49,954 bases of DNA, from assembly GCA_028684255.1 (NCBI GenBank), contig JAQUGJ010000001.1:1-49954 (forward strand), given 5' to 3'. This DNA comes from Bacilli bacterium. GTDB lineage: Bacteria > Bacillota_I > Bacilli_A > RF39 > UBA660. Positions 36,772-45,432 of the stretch are shown here, in pieces (position 1 is the first letter of the stretch; each line of letters starts with the position of its first letter). A program made the translations under genes and the position numbers. The notes under the pieces were generated by a model, which was not told the DNA's origin, made no database searches, and was given only the letters and a program-made list of their open reading frames with translations.

Positions 36772-38364
36772 TTACTTTAGTTGGTAATTATAAATGTTAT
36801 TTCTTATTTGTATTTGTAAAGATAACGATTCAGATTCCATTATATCTTTTTTAATTTCTATATAATAATTATCCTTAACGTTAACTTTTGAAGGCGATAC
36901 CGAACTACTTATGTTGCTATATATAGTTTTACCATCCTTACTATAAATAATTTTACCAAATTTTTCTAAAAAAGTATATAGATTGTAATTATTTAAACTA
37001 TTTTCTGCGTTTTCTACTACCCCATTTATACTTAATAAAACCTTGTCGTAACGTTTATTTAAATTTGGTTTTACATACTCTAAAGAAGGATAACAATTAG
37101 AAGTAGTAGGGCAAAATCTATAATTTAAAGTAAATTTATCTTTTATTTCAAAAGCATTTATTGTAAATTGAGTATCTTTTAAATTAGTATTTTCAATAAT
37201 AACTGTTTCTTTTAAATTTACATCCGTTGTTTTATAATCATTATCAAGATGTTGATAGTTTAAATTTACTCGATCATAAACAGGATCTATTTTCCCCCAT
37301 TTAGTATCATAATTTCTTACATATCTAAAATATAAATCTCCTATATTAATATTTTTGGGAACTTCATACACTAATAAAATCTTTTTTTTATCTTTTCCTA
37401 TTTTAGCATTTTTATATGATTGTCCAATATCTAAAAAAGGAGAGCCAGTTAAATTTTTTTCATGGTAATATACTTTATCTTTATAAACTAATTGAAACTC
37501 TGTAGTGATTAAAGTTTCAGACTTGCTTAAATTAGATATTTCTGTTTCAACAACTACAAAATTGTCATCGACCATTTGAAAACCTTTATAATTATTTTGT
37601 AAAATATAAGCATTCACAACATTTATTGAATATTTATCCGTATAAAATAATTCATTCATATTAAATAACCTATTATCATTTTTAAACATTAAAAATAAGG
37701 TTGTTCCAAACATTCCTGCAACAATAAACAAAATAACAAAAAAATTAAATTTTTTTTCAATATAATAATATTTTATAAATCTTTTAGTTTTTCTAAAAAA
37801 TCTTTTAAAACCTTCTGTATCAACGCTAAAACTAACTTCTACTTCTTCAGCATCAGACTCAGCAACTTCTAAAGATTTTAATTCTTCACTAAAACCAAAT
37901 TTTTTAACATCTATTCCAGTCGCTCTAACTAAAAATATTAAAGCACTTCCAATTTGAAAATAAAACAATAATTGTACTATATCTCTTACAAAGTTTAATT
38001 CACGAAGTTCCATAATACGCTTTTCTAATTCAAGCATATTAGAATAAGAAAAGTTATAAATAATTAATGACGCTAATGCAATTACAATGTTTACGACATA
38101 AAAAACAACCGGTTTTTGTTTTCTAAGTAAAACCGCTAAAACAATGATTAAAAAAGCTAAAAACACAAAAGGCAATATAAACATTGCTTGATTATATGTT
38201 CCTACCGCATCGATTATAGTATCACTTTGGTCCATTATATAAGCATTATAAAACTTTAATATAATATTAGTTCTAAATGCCAAATAAATCATTAAGGTTG
38301 CTAAAACGAAATGTAAAAAGCGGAAATGTTTTATTAAAAATGCATAGGGTCTTTTTAAAATCAT
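36772..38364 (-). CDS. hypothetical polytopic membrane protein with large extracytoplasmic beta-rich C-terminal domain (first gene of cluster)
   Basis: About 5 TM helices, then ~300 aa of Y/N/K-rich domain. The track start is a GTG at 38373, which falls inside AAGGTAGGTG. I prefer ATG at 38362-38364 (MILKRPY), 6 nt after that RBS. Confidence 0.55.
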   Translation of the reverse strand: MILKRPYAFLIKHFRFLHFVLATLMIYLAFRTNIILKFYNAYIMDQSDTIIDAVGTYNQAMFILPFVFLAFLIIVLAVLLRKQKPVVFYVVNIVIALASLIIYNFSYSNMLELEKRIMELRELNFVRDIVQLLFYFQIGSALIFLVRATGIDVKKFGFSEELKSLEVAESDAEEVEVSFSVDTEGFKRFFRKTKRFIKYYYIEKKFNFFVILFIVAGMFGTTLFLMFKNDNRLFNMNELFYTDKYSINVVNAYILQNNYKGFQMVDDNFVVVETEISNLSKSETLITTEFQLVYKDKVYYHEKNLTGSPFLDIGQSYKNAKIGKDKKKILLVYEVPKNINIGDLYFRYVRNYDTKWGKIDPVYDRVNLNYQHLDNDYKTTDVNLKETVIIENTNLKDTQFTINAFEIKDKFTLNYRFCPTTSNCYPSLEYVKPNLNKRYDKVLLSINGVVENAENSLNNYNLYTFLEKFGKIIYSKDGKTIYSNISSSVSPSKVNVKDNYYIEIKKDIMESESLSLQIQIRNNIYNYQLK

Positions 38365-38439
38365 TTTTTTCACCTACCTTATATATTTAGTATACAACAA
38401 AACACGCAAAAAAAAAAGGCAAAACTTTTTATTTACAAC

Positions 38440-38473
38440 TTAATTAAAAATAAAAAGAAGTAAATTACTTCTT
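38440..38473 (-). terminator. rho-independent terminator after tRNA-Leu
   Basis: Minus strand AAGAAGTA-ATT-TACTTCTT (38455-38473) followed by TTTTATTTTT. Confidence 0.55.
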
Positions 38474-38484
38474 TGTTTCCTTTA

Positions 38485-38571
38485 TGGTGCTCGTGGTCGG
38501 ACTCGAACCGACACAGCTTTAAGGCCAATAGATTTTGAGTCTATCACGTCTACCAATTCCATCACACGAGC
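38485..38571 (-). tRNA. tRNA-Leu (anticodon CAA), type II with long variable arm, CCA encoded
   Basis: Minus strand GCTCGTG...GGAATTGGTAGAC...GACTCAAAATC...GGTTCGAGTCC...CACGAGCACCA. The acceptor stem pairs perfectly; the anticodon loop is CUCAAAA. Confidence 0.9.
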
Positions 38572-38583
38572 AAAGATAAATAA

Positions 38584-38592
38584 ATTATATCA
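38584..38592 (-). promoter_or_regulatory. putative extended -10 promoter (TGaTATAAT) for tRNA-Leu
   Basis: Minus strand ATATGATATAATTTATTTATCTTT precedes the tRNA 5' end by 12 nt. Confidence 0.4.
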
Positions 38593-38607
38593 TATTTTTT
38601 TATTTTT

Positions 38608-39171
38608 TTATATATTTATTTGTTCATCTTTATAATTTGTTTCATATAAATCAACTTCATGATGATCTACTTCAATTGGAGTTGGTTTAGGCAAGTCATC
38701 TAAAGACTTTAATCCTAAATAATCTAAAAATTCATCAGTTATTCCATATAGAATTGGTCTTCCCGGTAATTCAGATCTTCCAACTTCTTTAATTAGATTT
38801 TGGAAGACTAATTTTCTTATTATATAAGTACAATCTACTCCTCTAATTTCCTCTATATTACTTCTTGTTACAGGTGAATTATAAGCAATTATTGCTAAAG
38901 TTTCTAATGCCGGTTGACTTAAATTATCATTTTTAGAAACTGACATTAATTTTTCATAATATTGACTATGTTCTTTTTTGGTTACTAACTTAATTTTACC
39001 GCCAAAAAACTCAATGTTAATTCCAAAATCATCATTGTTATATCTTGTTTTTAACTGTTCCAATAACAGGTCAATTTCATTTTCATTTTGTTCTAAAACT
39101 TCTATTAAACGTTCTTTACTTATTCCTTCATCTCCAACGACAAATAAAATACCTTCCAATACTCCCAACAT
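38608..39171 (-). CDS. scpB: segregation and condensation protein B
   Basis: ILFVVGDEGIS N-terminus and two winged-helix repeats; follows scpA. Confidence 0.85.
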   Translation of the reverse strand: MLGVLEGILFVVGDEGISKERLIEVLEQNENEIDLLLEQLKTRYNNDDFGINIEFFGGKIKLVTKKEHSQYYEKLMSVSKNDNLSQPALETLAIIAYNSPVTRSNIEEIRGVDCTYIIRKLVFQNLIKEVGRSELPGRPILYGITDEFLDYLGLKSLDDLPKPTPIEVDHHEVDLYETNYKDEQINI

Positions 39172-39175
39172 GTCA

Positions 39176-39877
39176 TCACCCTACTAAATATATCTTGTCA
39201 AAATTTTTTTCTTGTTCGATTTTCAATTCCTGTTTTTTTGCTAAATCTAATATTGATAAAAAAGTAACAATAATATAATCTTTATTATATATTTCAAATA
39301 ATTCTTCAAATTCTACTCTTTTTTTAGTTTTTATTATATGTTTTATTTCTATTTTTCTTTCTTCGATAGAATATTCGATTGTTGTTATTTTAGTATTTAA
39401 TGGTTTATCAAATTCTTTCTTTTGCAAAAATAAAGAAAATGCATTTAATAAATCTTCAACATCTACCTTAGCTGTAATTTCTTCGTTTTTAAATTCATCT
39501 AAATAACTCGGTTCTTTAGTATGTATCAATTTTCTTTCACTTTCAAAATCTTTGAAAACGGAAGTCATTTGTTTATAACTTTCATACTCTAGTAACCTAT
39601 TTATTAATTGTTCACGAGGATCTTCTTCAATTTCTTCTTCTACTTCTTTTTTTGGTAATAAAGTAGCAGATTTCATTTCAATTAATTCAGCAGCCATTAC
39701 TAAATATTCGCTGGCTATATTTAAATTTAATTGTTCCATACTGTTTATATAGTCTAAATATTGTCTAGCTATAACTTCTATCTTAATATCCCAAATGTTG
39801 ATATTAGCCTGTTTAATAAGATACAATAATAGATCTAAAGGTCCTTCGAATTCATCTATTTTAACTTCATAGTTCAT
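39176..39877 (-). CDS. scpA: segregation and condensation protein A (kleisin)
   Basis: FEGPLDLLLYLI motif. ATG at 39875-39877 (MNYEVK) is preferred; the track GTG at 39886 overlaps the AGGTG RBS. Confidence 0.85.
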   Translation of the reverse strand: MNYEVKIDEFEGPLDLLLYLIKQANINIWDIKIEVIARQYLDYINSMEQLNLNIASEYLVMAAELIEMKSATLLPKKEVEEEIEEDPREQLINRLLEYESYKQMTSVFKDFESERKLIHTKEPSYLDEFKNEEITAKVDVEDLLNAFSLFLQKKEFDKPLNTKITTIEYSIEERKIEIKHIIKTKKRVEFEELFEIYNKDYIIVTFLSILDLAKKQELKIEQEKNFDKIYLVG

Positions 39878-39925
39878 AAATAACACCTATTTCATTATAC
39901 CATAAAAAAGTAAGAGTAAATACCC

Positions 39926-40159
39926 TTACAAACTAATAATTTGTGGTAAAAAATAGATAAAAAGCGCTAAAAGGATTAAAAACAATAAAATAAATACGAA
40001 ATTGTTCTTTTCACTTTTCTTAGCCTTTCTTATTTCTTTTTCTATTTGTTCAACAGAGAGAACCTCAGATTCTTTCTTTTCTTTATCAGTTATTTGGATT
40101 TCTTTTAATTTTTCATCAACTTCAATTATTTGAGTATCATCCATATTATTGTTATTCAT
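39926..40159 (-). CDS. hypothetical small membrane protein
   Basis: 77 aa; acidic/basic N-terminal half and a single C-terminal TM. Confidence 0.45.
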   Translation of the reverse strand: MNNNNMDDTQIIEVDEKLKEIQITDKEKKESEVLSVEQIEKEIRKAKKSEKNNFVFILLFLILLALFIYFLPQIISL

Positions 40160-40207
40160 AATATACCTCCTAATTATATAATATCATAAATTTTTTATTT
40201 TTTTCTT

Positions 40208-41389
40208 TTATATTGAATTACCAGCAGTATATCCAGTAGATAGGGCTAAAGTAATATTATAGCCGCCTGTATGACCATGAATATCTAGCACTTCACCAAT
40301 AAAATAAACACCTTTATTTTGAATCGATTCCATTGTTTTAGAGTTAATTTTTTTCATATCGACTCCACCACCAGTTATTAAACTTTGTTCTAAAGAACCA
40401 GTTTTTATAATTTCTAATGGGTATTTTTTAATTTTAAAAACAATTTTTTGTTTTTGTTGTTTTGATAATTGACCTATCTTCACTTTATTAAAATCACTGA
40501 TTAAATAATATGCTAATCGTTTTGGTAATAGTGATTTTATAAATGTTAATACTTCTTTTTTGGAATCATAATTATTTAAATCATCAAGCAATTTTTCAAT
40601 ATTTATTTTGGGTTTAAAATCAACATTAATGATTACAACTTCTTCTTTTAATTTTTTATAAACTTTTTCACTTATTTTAAAAATTGCAGGTCCACTTAAA
40701 CCAGTATGAGTAAATAATAGTGACCCAGACACTTTCTCTTTATCTAAATAAATATCTACATCTTCAATTGTAATACCATTTAAATTATGGTTTTGTTTTG
40801 TTATTAAAAAAGTTTCTGCTGGATATACATCAGTTACATCTTGTTTTATTTTTTTTGCTAAACGATATCCATCACCATTAGAACCAGTTTGAGGATAACT
40901 AAATCCTCCTGTCGCTATAATAATGTTTTTTGTTTTATATATATCTTGATTTGTTTTAACTATCTTTATTTTCTCATCTAATACTAAATCTTTTACATTT
41001 TCATTTAATTTTAATTCAACTTTATATTTTTTTAGTTCACTTATTAAAGCTTCAATTATTGAAAAAGAACTATTACTAACAGGAAATACTCTATCTTCGT
41101 TTTCAATCTTAAGTTTAACTCCTAATTTATTAAAATAATCCATTATTTCTTTTGGCCCAAAAGAAGTTAGGGTACTATATAAATTTTTGCTATTGACTGG
41201 TAATTGTTCAATAAATACTTTTAGTGGTTTAAAATTAGTTAAATTACATCTTCCACCACCAGTTAGTTCTAATTTTTTAAGTATTTTTTCGTTTTTTTCT
41301 ATCAATAAAACTTTTTTATTGCGACTACCCGCCTTGATACTAGCCATTACTCCAGCAGGTCCAGCACCAATAACAATTACATCATACAT
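40208..41389 (-). CDS. NAD(P)/FAD-dependent oxidoreductase, HI0933 / BaiN-like family
   Basis: YDVIVIGAGPAGVMASI dinucleotide fold, GGGRCNLTN motif, C-terminal GGYNIT. Confidence 0.8.
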   Translation of the reverse strand: MYDVIVIGAGPAGVMASIKAGSRNKKVLLIEKNEKILKKLELTGGGRCNLTNFKPLKVFIEQLPVNSKNLYSTLTSFGPKEIMDYFNKLGVKLKIENEDRVFPVSNSSFSIIEALISELKKYKVELKLNENVKDLVLDEKIKIVKTNQDIYKTKNIIIATGGFSYPQTGSNGDGYRLAKKIKQDVTDVYPAETFLITKQNHNLNGITIEDVDIYLDKEKVSGSLLFTHTGLSGPAIFKISEKVYKKLKEEVVIINVDFKPKINIEKLLDDLNNYDSKKEVLTFIKSLLPKRLAYYLISDFNKVKIGQLSKQQKQKIVFKIKKYPLEIIKTGSLEQSLITGGGVDMKKINSKTMESIQNKGVYFIGEVLDIHGHTGGYNITLALSTGYTAGNSI

Positions 41390-41415
41390 AATCCACCTTC
41401 TTTGTTAAACAATTA

Positions 41416-42966
41416 TTATTTTATTCTACTTGGATTCTTTTGAACAGATATTTTGTTAGGAACAGTAGTTGCTATTAAATCATACTTAATAGATAATTCA
41501 TCGGTTCCTTCCATACTTACTTTTAAAATAGCGTTATCATTATCTTGAATAAAAAAATCATACTCATCACCTGCTGATAAAATATCTTTTACTTCCTCTA
41601 AATAATAATCGTCACAAAAGACTTCATTTATACTATTTTTAGTTAAAAATTGTGCTAAAGAAGTTATATCCACTTTATAATCTTTTATCTGCTTACAAAA
41701 ATCTTCTGATTTCATATTAGTTAATAATATATTATCCTCAATCACGTTTTTTAAAACATTTTCATCATATATAAAATATTTTTTACTTTTCTCGCGACTT
41801 AAAGCATTAATTAATTTCTCATAACCATCTATTTCACCATTTTTAAGTAACACTCTTATATCATCTATTTCATCTTTTGTATCTTCTTTTGAAAAAGAAC
41901 ACCCTTTAATCTCGTCAAATTCAATAGAATCATCAATAACAAAATTTGTTAAAGTTTCATAAAAGTCTTTATTCAATTTATAATTTTTTCGATTATAAAC
42001 TGATTCTCTAAATGGTTCATCAATAATTAAATCAGAATATCCAAATATTTTATGACTTATAAAATTAATATTATTCTGACTTATATTTCTACCACTTATA
42101 TAAGATTTTAAATCATCAAAATTATCTTTTTTAGACATATTACATAAATTGCATAATTGTGGAATTTGATTTATATATTCTTTTTTAATGTCCCCGTTTT
42201 GATATTTTTGTTCTATTATTCTATTATATAAATAATAATCGGGTTGAAATTGACTATTATAAAGTCTCTCTAAATTGCACAGATTTTCTTTACTTGGATT
42301 ATTTGATATTCTACTTGTAAATTGAGATAGAATAAGACTTTCGACTCTTTCAATGTCTTCTAATAATTGAACATCATCAGAATTAGTTCCTAAATTAGAT
42401 ATAATAAAATTATAGTTTTTAGCTAGTTCTTTCAATGTTCCTTTTTGCATAAGTTCTGCTGCTATTGGAGGCAAATAAGAAGTGCTAAATAATAAGTGCA
42501 TTTTACTAGGCTCTTTTAAAAATCTATCTAACAACTCATCTCCAAATACAAGTTGTAATTGATGACCAAAATCAGGGACATATGCATTTACCCTTTTTTT
42601 TATATTTATTCCGTAATATTCACAATATTTTTCTTCTGCTAAAGTTGTAAAAACTTCACTTAAATATTTGTTGTCTCTATCTTCATTAAATTCTTTCGTT
42701 AGTACATGAACAAATTCGTGAAATATAGTTTTTCCTATATATTGTTGATCTTTTAAAATTTTTATTTCGCGAGTTTTCAAATTGTAATTACCAACACAAT
42801 TAGCAACTAAATCATCAGTAAAAATAATGTCAGATTCTAAATTTGTATTAATTCTATTTATTATTTTTTCATTACTTAATTTATTTGGAAATATATTTTG
42901 AAAATCTTCAATAAATTGATTTATGGTTTGTTGAGTTTCTTGGTTATATTTTTCCAATTTATACAT
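41416..42966 (-). CDS. hypothetical protein with HExxH zinc-metallopeptidase-like motif
   Basis: 516 aa with TIFHEFVHVLT near residue 83; no signal peptide or TM seen. Confidence 0.5.
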   Translation of the reverse strand: MYKLEKYNQETQQTINQFIEDFQNIFPNKLSNEKIINRINTNLESDIIFTDDLVANCVGNYNLKTREIKILKDQQYIGKTIFHEFVHVLTKEFNEDRDNKYLSEVFTTLAEEKYCEYYGINIKKRVNAYVPDFGHQLQLVFGDELLDRFLKEPSKMHLLFSTSYLPPIAAELMQKGTLKELAKNYNFIISNLGTNSDDVQLLEDIERVESLILSQFTSRISNNPSKENLCNLERLYNSQFQPDYYLYNRIIEQKYQNGDIKKEYINQIPQLCNLCNMSKKDNFDDLKSYISGRNISQNNINFISHKIFGYSDLIIDEPFRESVYNRKNYKLNKDFYETLTNFVIDDSIEFDEIKGCSFSKEDTKDEIDDIRVLLKNGEIDGYEKLINALSREKSKKYFIYDENVLKNVIEDNILLTNMKSEDFCKQIKDYKVDITSLAQFLTKNSINEVFCDDYYLEEVKDILSAGDEYDFFIQDNDNAILKVSMEGTDELSIKYDLIATTVPNKISVQKNPSRIK

Positions 42967-42973
42967 CTTACAC

Positions 42974-43192
42974 CTAATTAAATAAAATATCCGGATTTAA
43001 TTCTTCTGGTGTTTTCCAATCAATATCAAAATTTTCTTTCAAAATACTTTTTTTAACATTCCAATAAATTACTATATAGTTAGGGGTATCAGAATTTATA
43101 CCTTTTTTTTCTAGTTGTAGTTCTGTTAATTTTTCTACTAGCGGTAAAACCTTTTTAAATTCCTCTTTTTCTTCTATTTCATCATATATCAT
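42974..43192 (-). CDS. hypothetical small protein
   Basis: 72-aa ORF with AGGAGGGTAC RBS, 7 nt upstream of the HExxH gene. Confidence 0.45.
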   Translation of the reverse strand: MIYDEIEEKEEFKKVLPLVEKLTELQLEKKGINSDTPNYIVIYWNVKKSILKENFDIDWKTPEELNPDILFN

Positions 43193-43210
43193 AGTACCCT
43201 CCTACCGATT

Positions 43211-43219
43211 ATTATAGCA
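43211..43219 (-). promoter_or_regulatory. putative extended -10 promoter (TGcTATAAT)
   Basis: Minus strand TTTATGCTATAATAATCGG, directly after the nrnA terminator. Confidence 0.4.
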
Positions 43220-43220
43220 T

Positions 43221-43246
43221 AAAAAAAAAAGATAACAAAGTTATCT
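43221..43246 (-). terminator. rho-independent terminator after nrnA
   Basis: Minus strand AGATAAC-TTT-GTTATCT (43230-43246) followed by a run of 10 T. Confidence 0.6.
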
Positions 43247-43255
43247 AAATCATAA

Positions 43256-44233
43256 TTAATATTTATCAATTTCTTTTAATTTCTCATTATATATGGTACA
43301 TACCTTATCTAAATCAGCTATTAGTAGATCAACTTCATCAAAATTTTTCAATCTCGCTCCTGAGGCCATAGCATGACCACCGCCACCATATTTAGCAGCT
43401 GTTGTATTTATAACCGGACCTCTAGAACGAATAGATACTTTAATAACATCATTGTTTTTATCCACCGAAAACATTGCCCAGGAATAAACTTCATTTATAT
43501 AATTAAAGTTATTAATCATATTGCCTGCCGTTGAAGCATCAACTCCATATTCTTTTAAAATCTCATCATCGATTTTAATATATGCGAATCCATTTTCAGT
43601 TACTGTCATGTTGTGTATTACATATCCTTGAAATCTTACTTCTCTGATTGGTCTTAAATACAAAGCTTCATATAATCCGGTAAGTTCAATGTTTGTTTTT
43701 TTAATCATCTTTGACACTAATTTAAAGGTCTTAGGAGTCGTATAACTAAATAAGAATCGATCGGTATCAGATACAATACCAATAAATATTTTTTCAGCTG
43801 CTTCTTTAGTAAGAGTTAATCTTGTATTAAATATAAACTCTAATACTAATTGACAAGCACTTGAAGCTGTTGAATCAATTGCTTCAATATTGCAAAATTT
43901 TTCAACAAAAGGATGATGATCAATTTTTATTTTGTATTCAAAACGATTAGGATTAACACCATCGACTCTTCTTCTATCTGGTGTATCTAATACTATTAAT
44001 AGTGAATCTTCGTACATATCTTCTTCAAATCTATCTAATTGACCAATATATTTGAAGTTTGATGCGGGTGCCCCTATAGCATACACTTTTTTGTGTGGAT
44101 AAGTATTTTTTATAACATCCCTTAGGGCTATAGTCGATGATAGTGCATCTGGATCAGGTCCAACATGTCTAGCAATGACAATTTTGTCATATTTTCTTAT
44201 TTTCATCCATATTCTAAACCACTTTATATTCAT
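43256..44233 (-). CDS. nrnA: DHH/DHHA1 phosphoesterase (oligoribonuclease / pAp phosphatase NrnA type)
   Basis: HVGPDPDALSS, DHH (KIDHHPF) and GGGHAMASG motifs. Confidence 0.8.
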   Translation of the reverse strand: MNIKWFRIWMKIRKYDKIVIARHVGPDPDALSSTIALRDVIKNTYPHKKVYAIGAPASNFKYIGQLDRFEEDMYEDSLLIVLDTPDRRRVDGVNPNRFEYKIKIDHHPFVEKFCNIEAIDSTASSACQLVLEFIFNTRLTLTKEAAEKIFIGIVSDTDRFLFSYTTPKTFKLVSKMIKKTNIELTGLYEALYLRPIREVRFQGYVIHNMTVTENGFAYIKIDDEILKEYGVDASTAGNMINNFNYINEVYSWAMFSVDKNNDVIKVSIRSRGPVINTTAAKYGGGGHAMASGARLKNFDEVDLLIADLDKVCTIYNEKLKEIDKY

Positions 44234-44248
44234 AATACCTACTTTCTA

Positions 44249-45424
44249 TTAAATCAATTCAAAAGTATCTTTTGCAATCATTATTTCTTCATCAGTCGGA
44301 ATAACATAACATGGTATTTTCGAATCTTCTGATGTAATTTTTACTTCTCTACCTCTGCTATTATTTGCTTCTCCATTTAGTTTAATTCCCATAACTTCTA
44401 ATCCTTCAATAACTTGTGCTCTTGTCAATAGAGAGTTTTCTCCAACACCTGCTGTAAATACAATAGCATCAACACCATTCATTTCAAAATAGTATTTAGC
44501 AATATAATCAATTATTCTTCTAACATACATTTTTTGCGCTAAAACACAACGCTCATTACCGTCTTTTATACCCTCTTCGATATCTCTTGAATCACTGCTG
44601 ATTCCACTTATTCCTAGTAAACCACTTTCCTTATTCATAATATTGGTTACTTCTTCAATACTTAGTCCTGTTTTATCCATAATATATGGAATAATTGTTG
44701 CATCTATATCACCGCAACGAGTTCCCATTATAAGACCAGCATTAGGCGTTAATCCCATTGATGTATTAATACATTTGCCGTTTTCTACTGCACTTATACT
44801 AGCACCATTACCAATATGACAAATTATTGTTTTTATATCTTGTCGACCTAATATTTCATTTATTCTCTCAGATACATATTTGTGACTCGTTCCATGAGCA
44901 CCATATCTTCTTGCCTTATATTTAGTATACCAATCATATGGTAAACCATATAAAAATTGTTCAACTTTCATTGTTTGATGAAAAGCTGTATCAAAAACTG
45001 CTGTTTGTGTTGCATTTGGTATTACTTCTTGAGCAGCTCTTATTCCGATTATAGCCGCCGGATTATGTAGCGGCGCTAAAGAAGCAAATTCTTCTATTTT
45101 AGCAATTACTTTTTCATCAATAACAACTGTTTTATCAAAGTAATCACCACCTTGAACAATTCGATGTCCAATACCTTTTATTTCTTCTAATGACTCAACA
45201 ATATTATTATTAATTAATTCCTCAACTAAACTTGTAAAAGCCACTTTATGGTTTGGTAACGATAACTCTTTTTTTGTTTTTTCACCATTGATTTTAATTG
45301 TATAAAAACTATTATCAATACCAATCCGTTCAAAATTTCCGGAAATTAAATCCTTTCCTTCAGGCATTTCATATAATTTGAATTTTAATGATGAACTACC
45401 TGCATTAACTGATAAAACTTTCAT
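44249..45424 (-). CDS. ackA: acetate kinase
   Basis: MKVLSVNAGSSSLKF N-terminus; RYGAHGTSH; length of 391 aa. Confidence 0.9.
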   Translation of the reverse strand: MKVLSVNAGSSSLKFKLYEMPEGKDLISGNFERIGIDNSFYTIKINGEKTKKELSLPNHKVAFTSLVEELINNNIVESLEEIKGIGHRIVQGGDYFDKTVVIDEKVIAKIEEFASLAPLHNPAAIIGIRAAQEVIPNATQTAVFDTAFHQTMKVEQFLYGLPYDWYTKYKARRYGAHGTSHKYVSERINEILGRQDIKTIICHIGNGASISAVENGKCINTSMGLTPNAGLIMGTRCGDIDATIIPYIMDKTGLSIEEVTNIMNKESGLLGISGISSDSRDIEEGIKDGNERCVLAQKMYVRRIIDYIAKYYFEMNGVDAIVFTAGVGENSLLTRAQVIEGLEVMGIKLNGEANNSRGREVKITSEDSKIPCYVIPTDEEIMIAKDTFELI

Positions 45425-45432
45425 ATTTCCTC

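Larger units (their letters stand above)
16908..38373 (-). other. 21-gene Tad-like pilus plus Gram-positive-type T4SS gene cluster (no mobility or DNA-processing genes recognised)
   Basis: Contiguous co-directional genes with short gaps or overlaps; component calls are listed individually below. Bounded by the tRNA-Leu 3' end (38485) and the rhodanese gene (16851). Confidence 0.7.
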
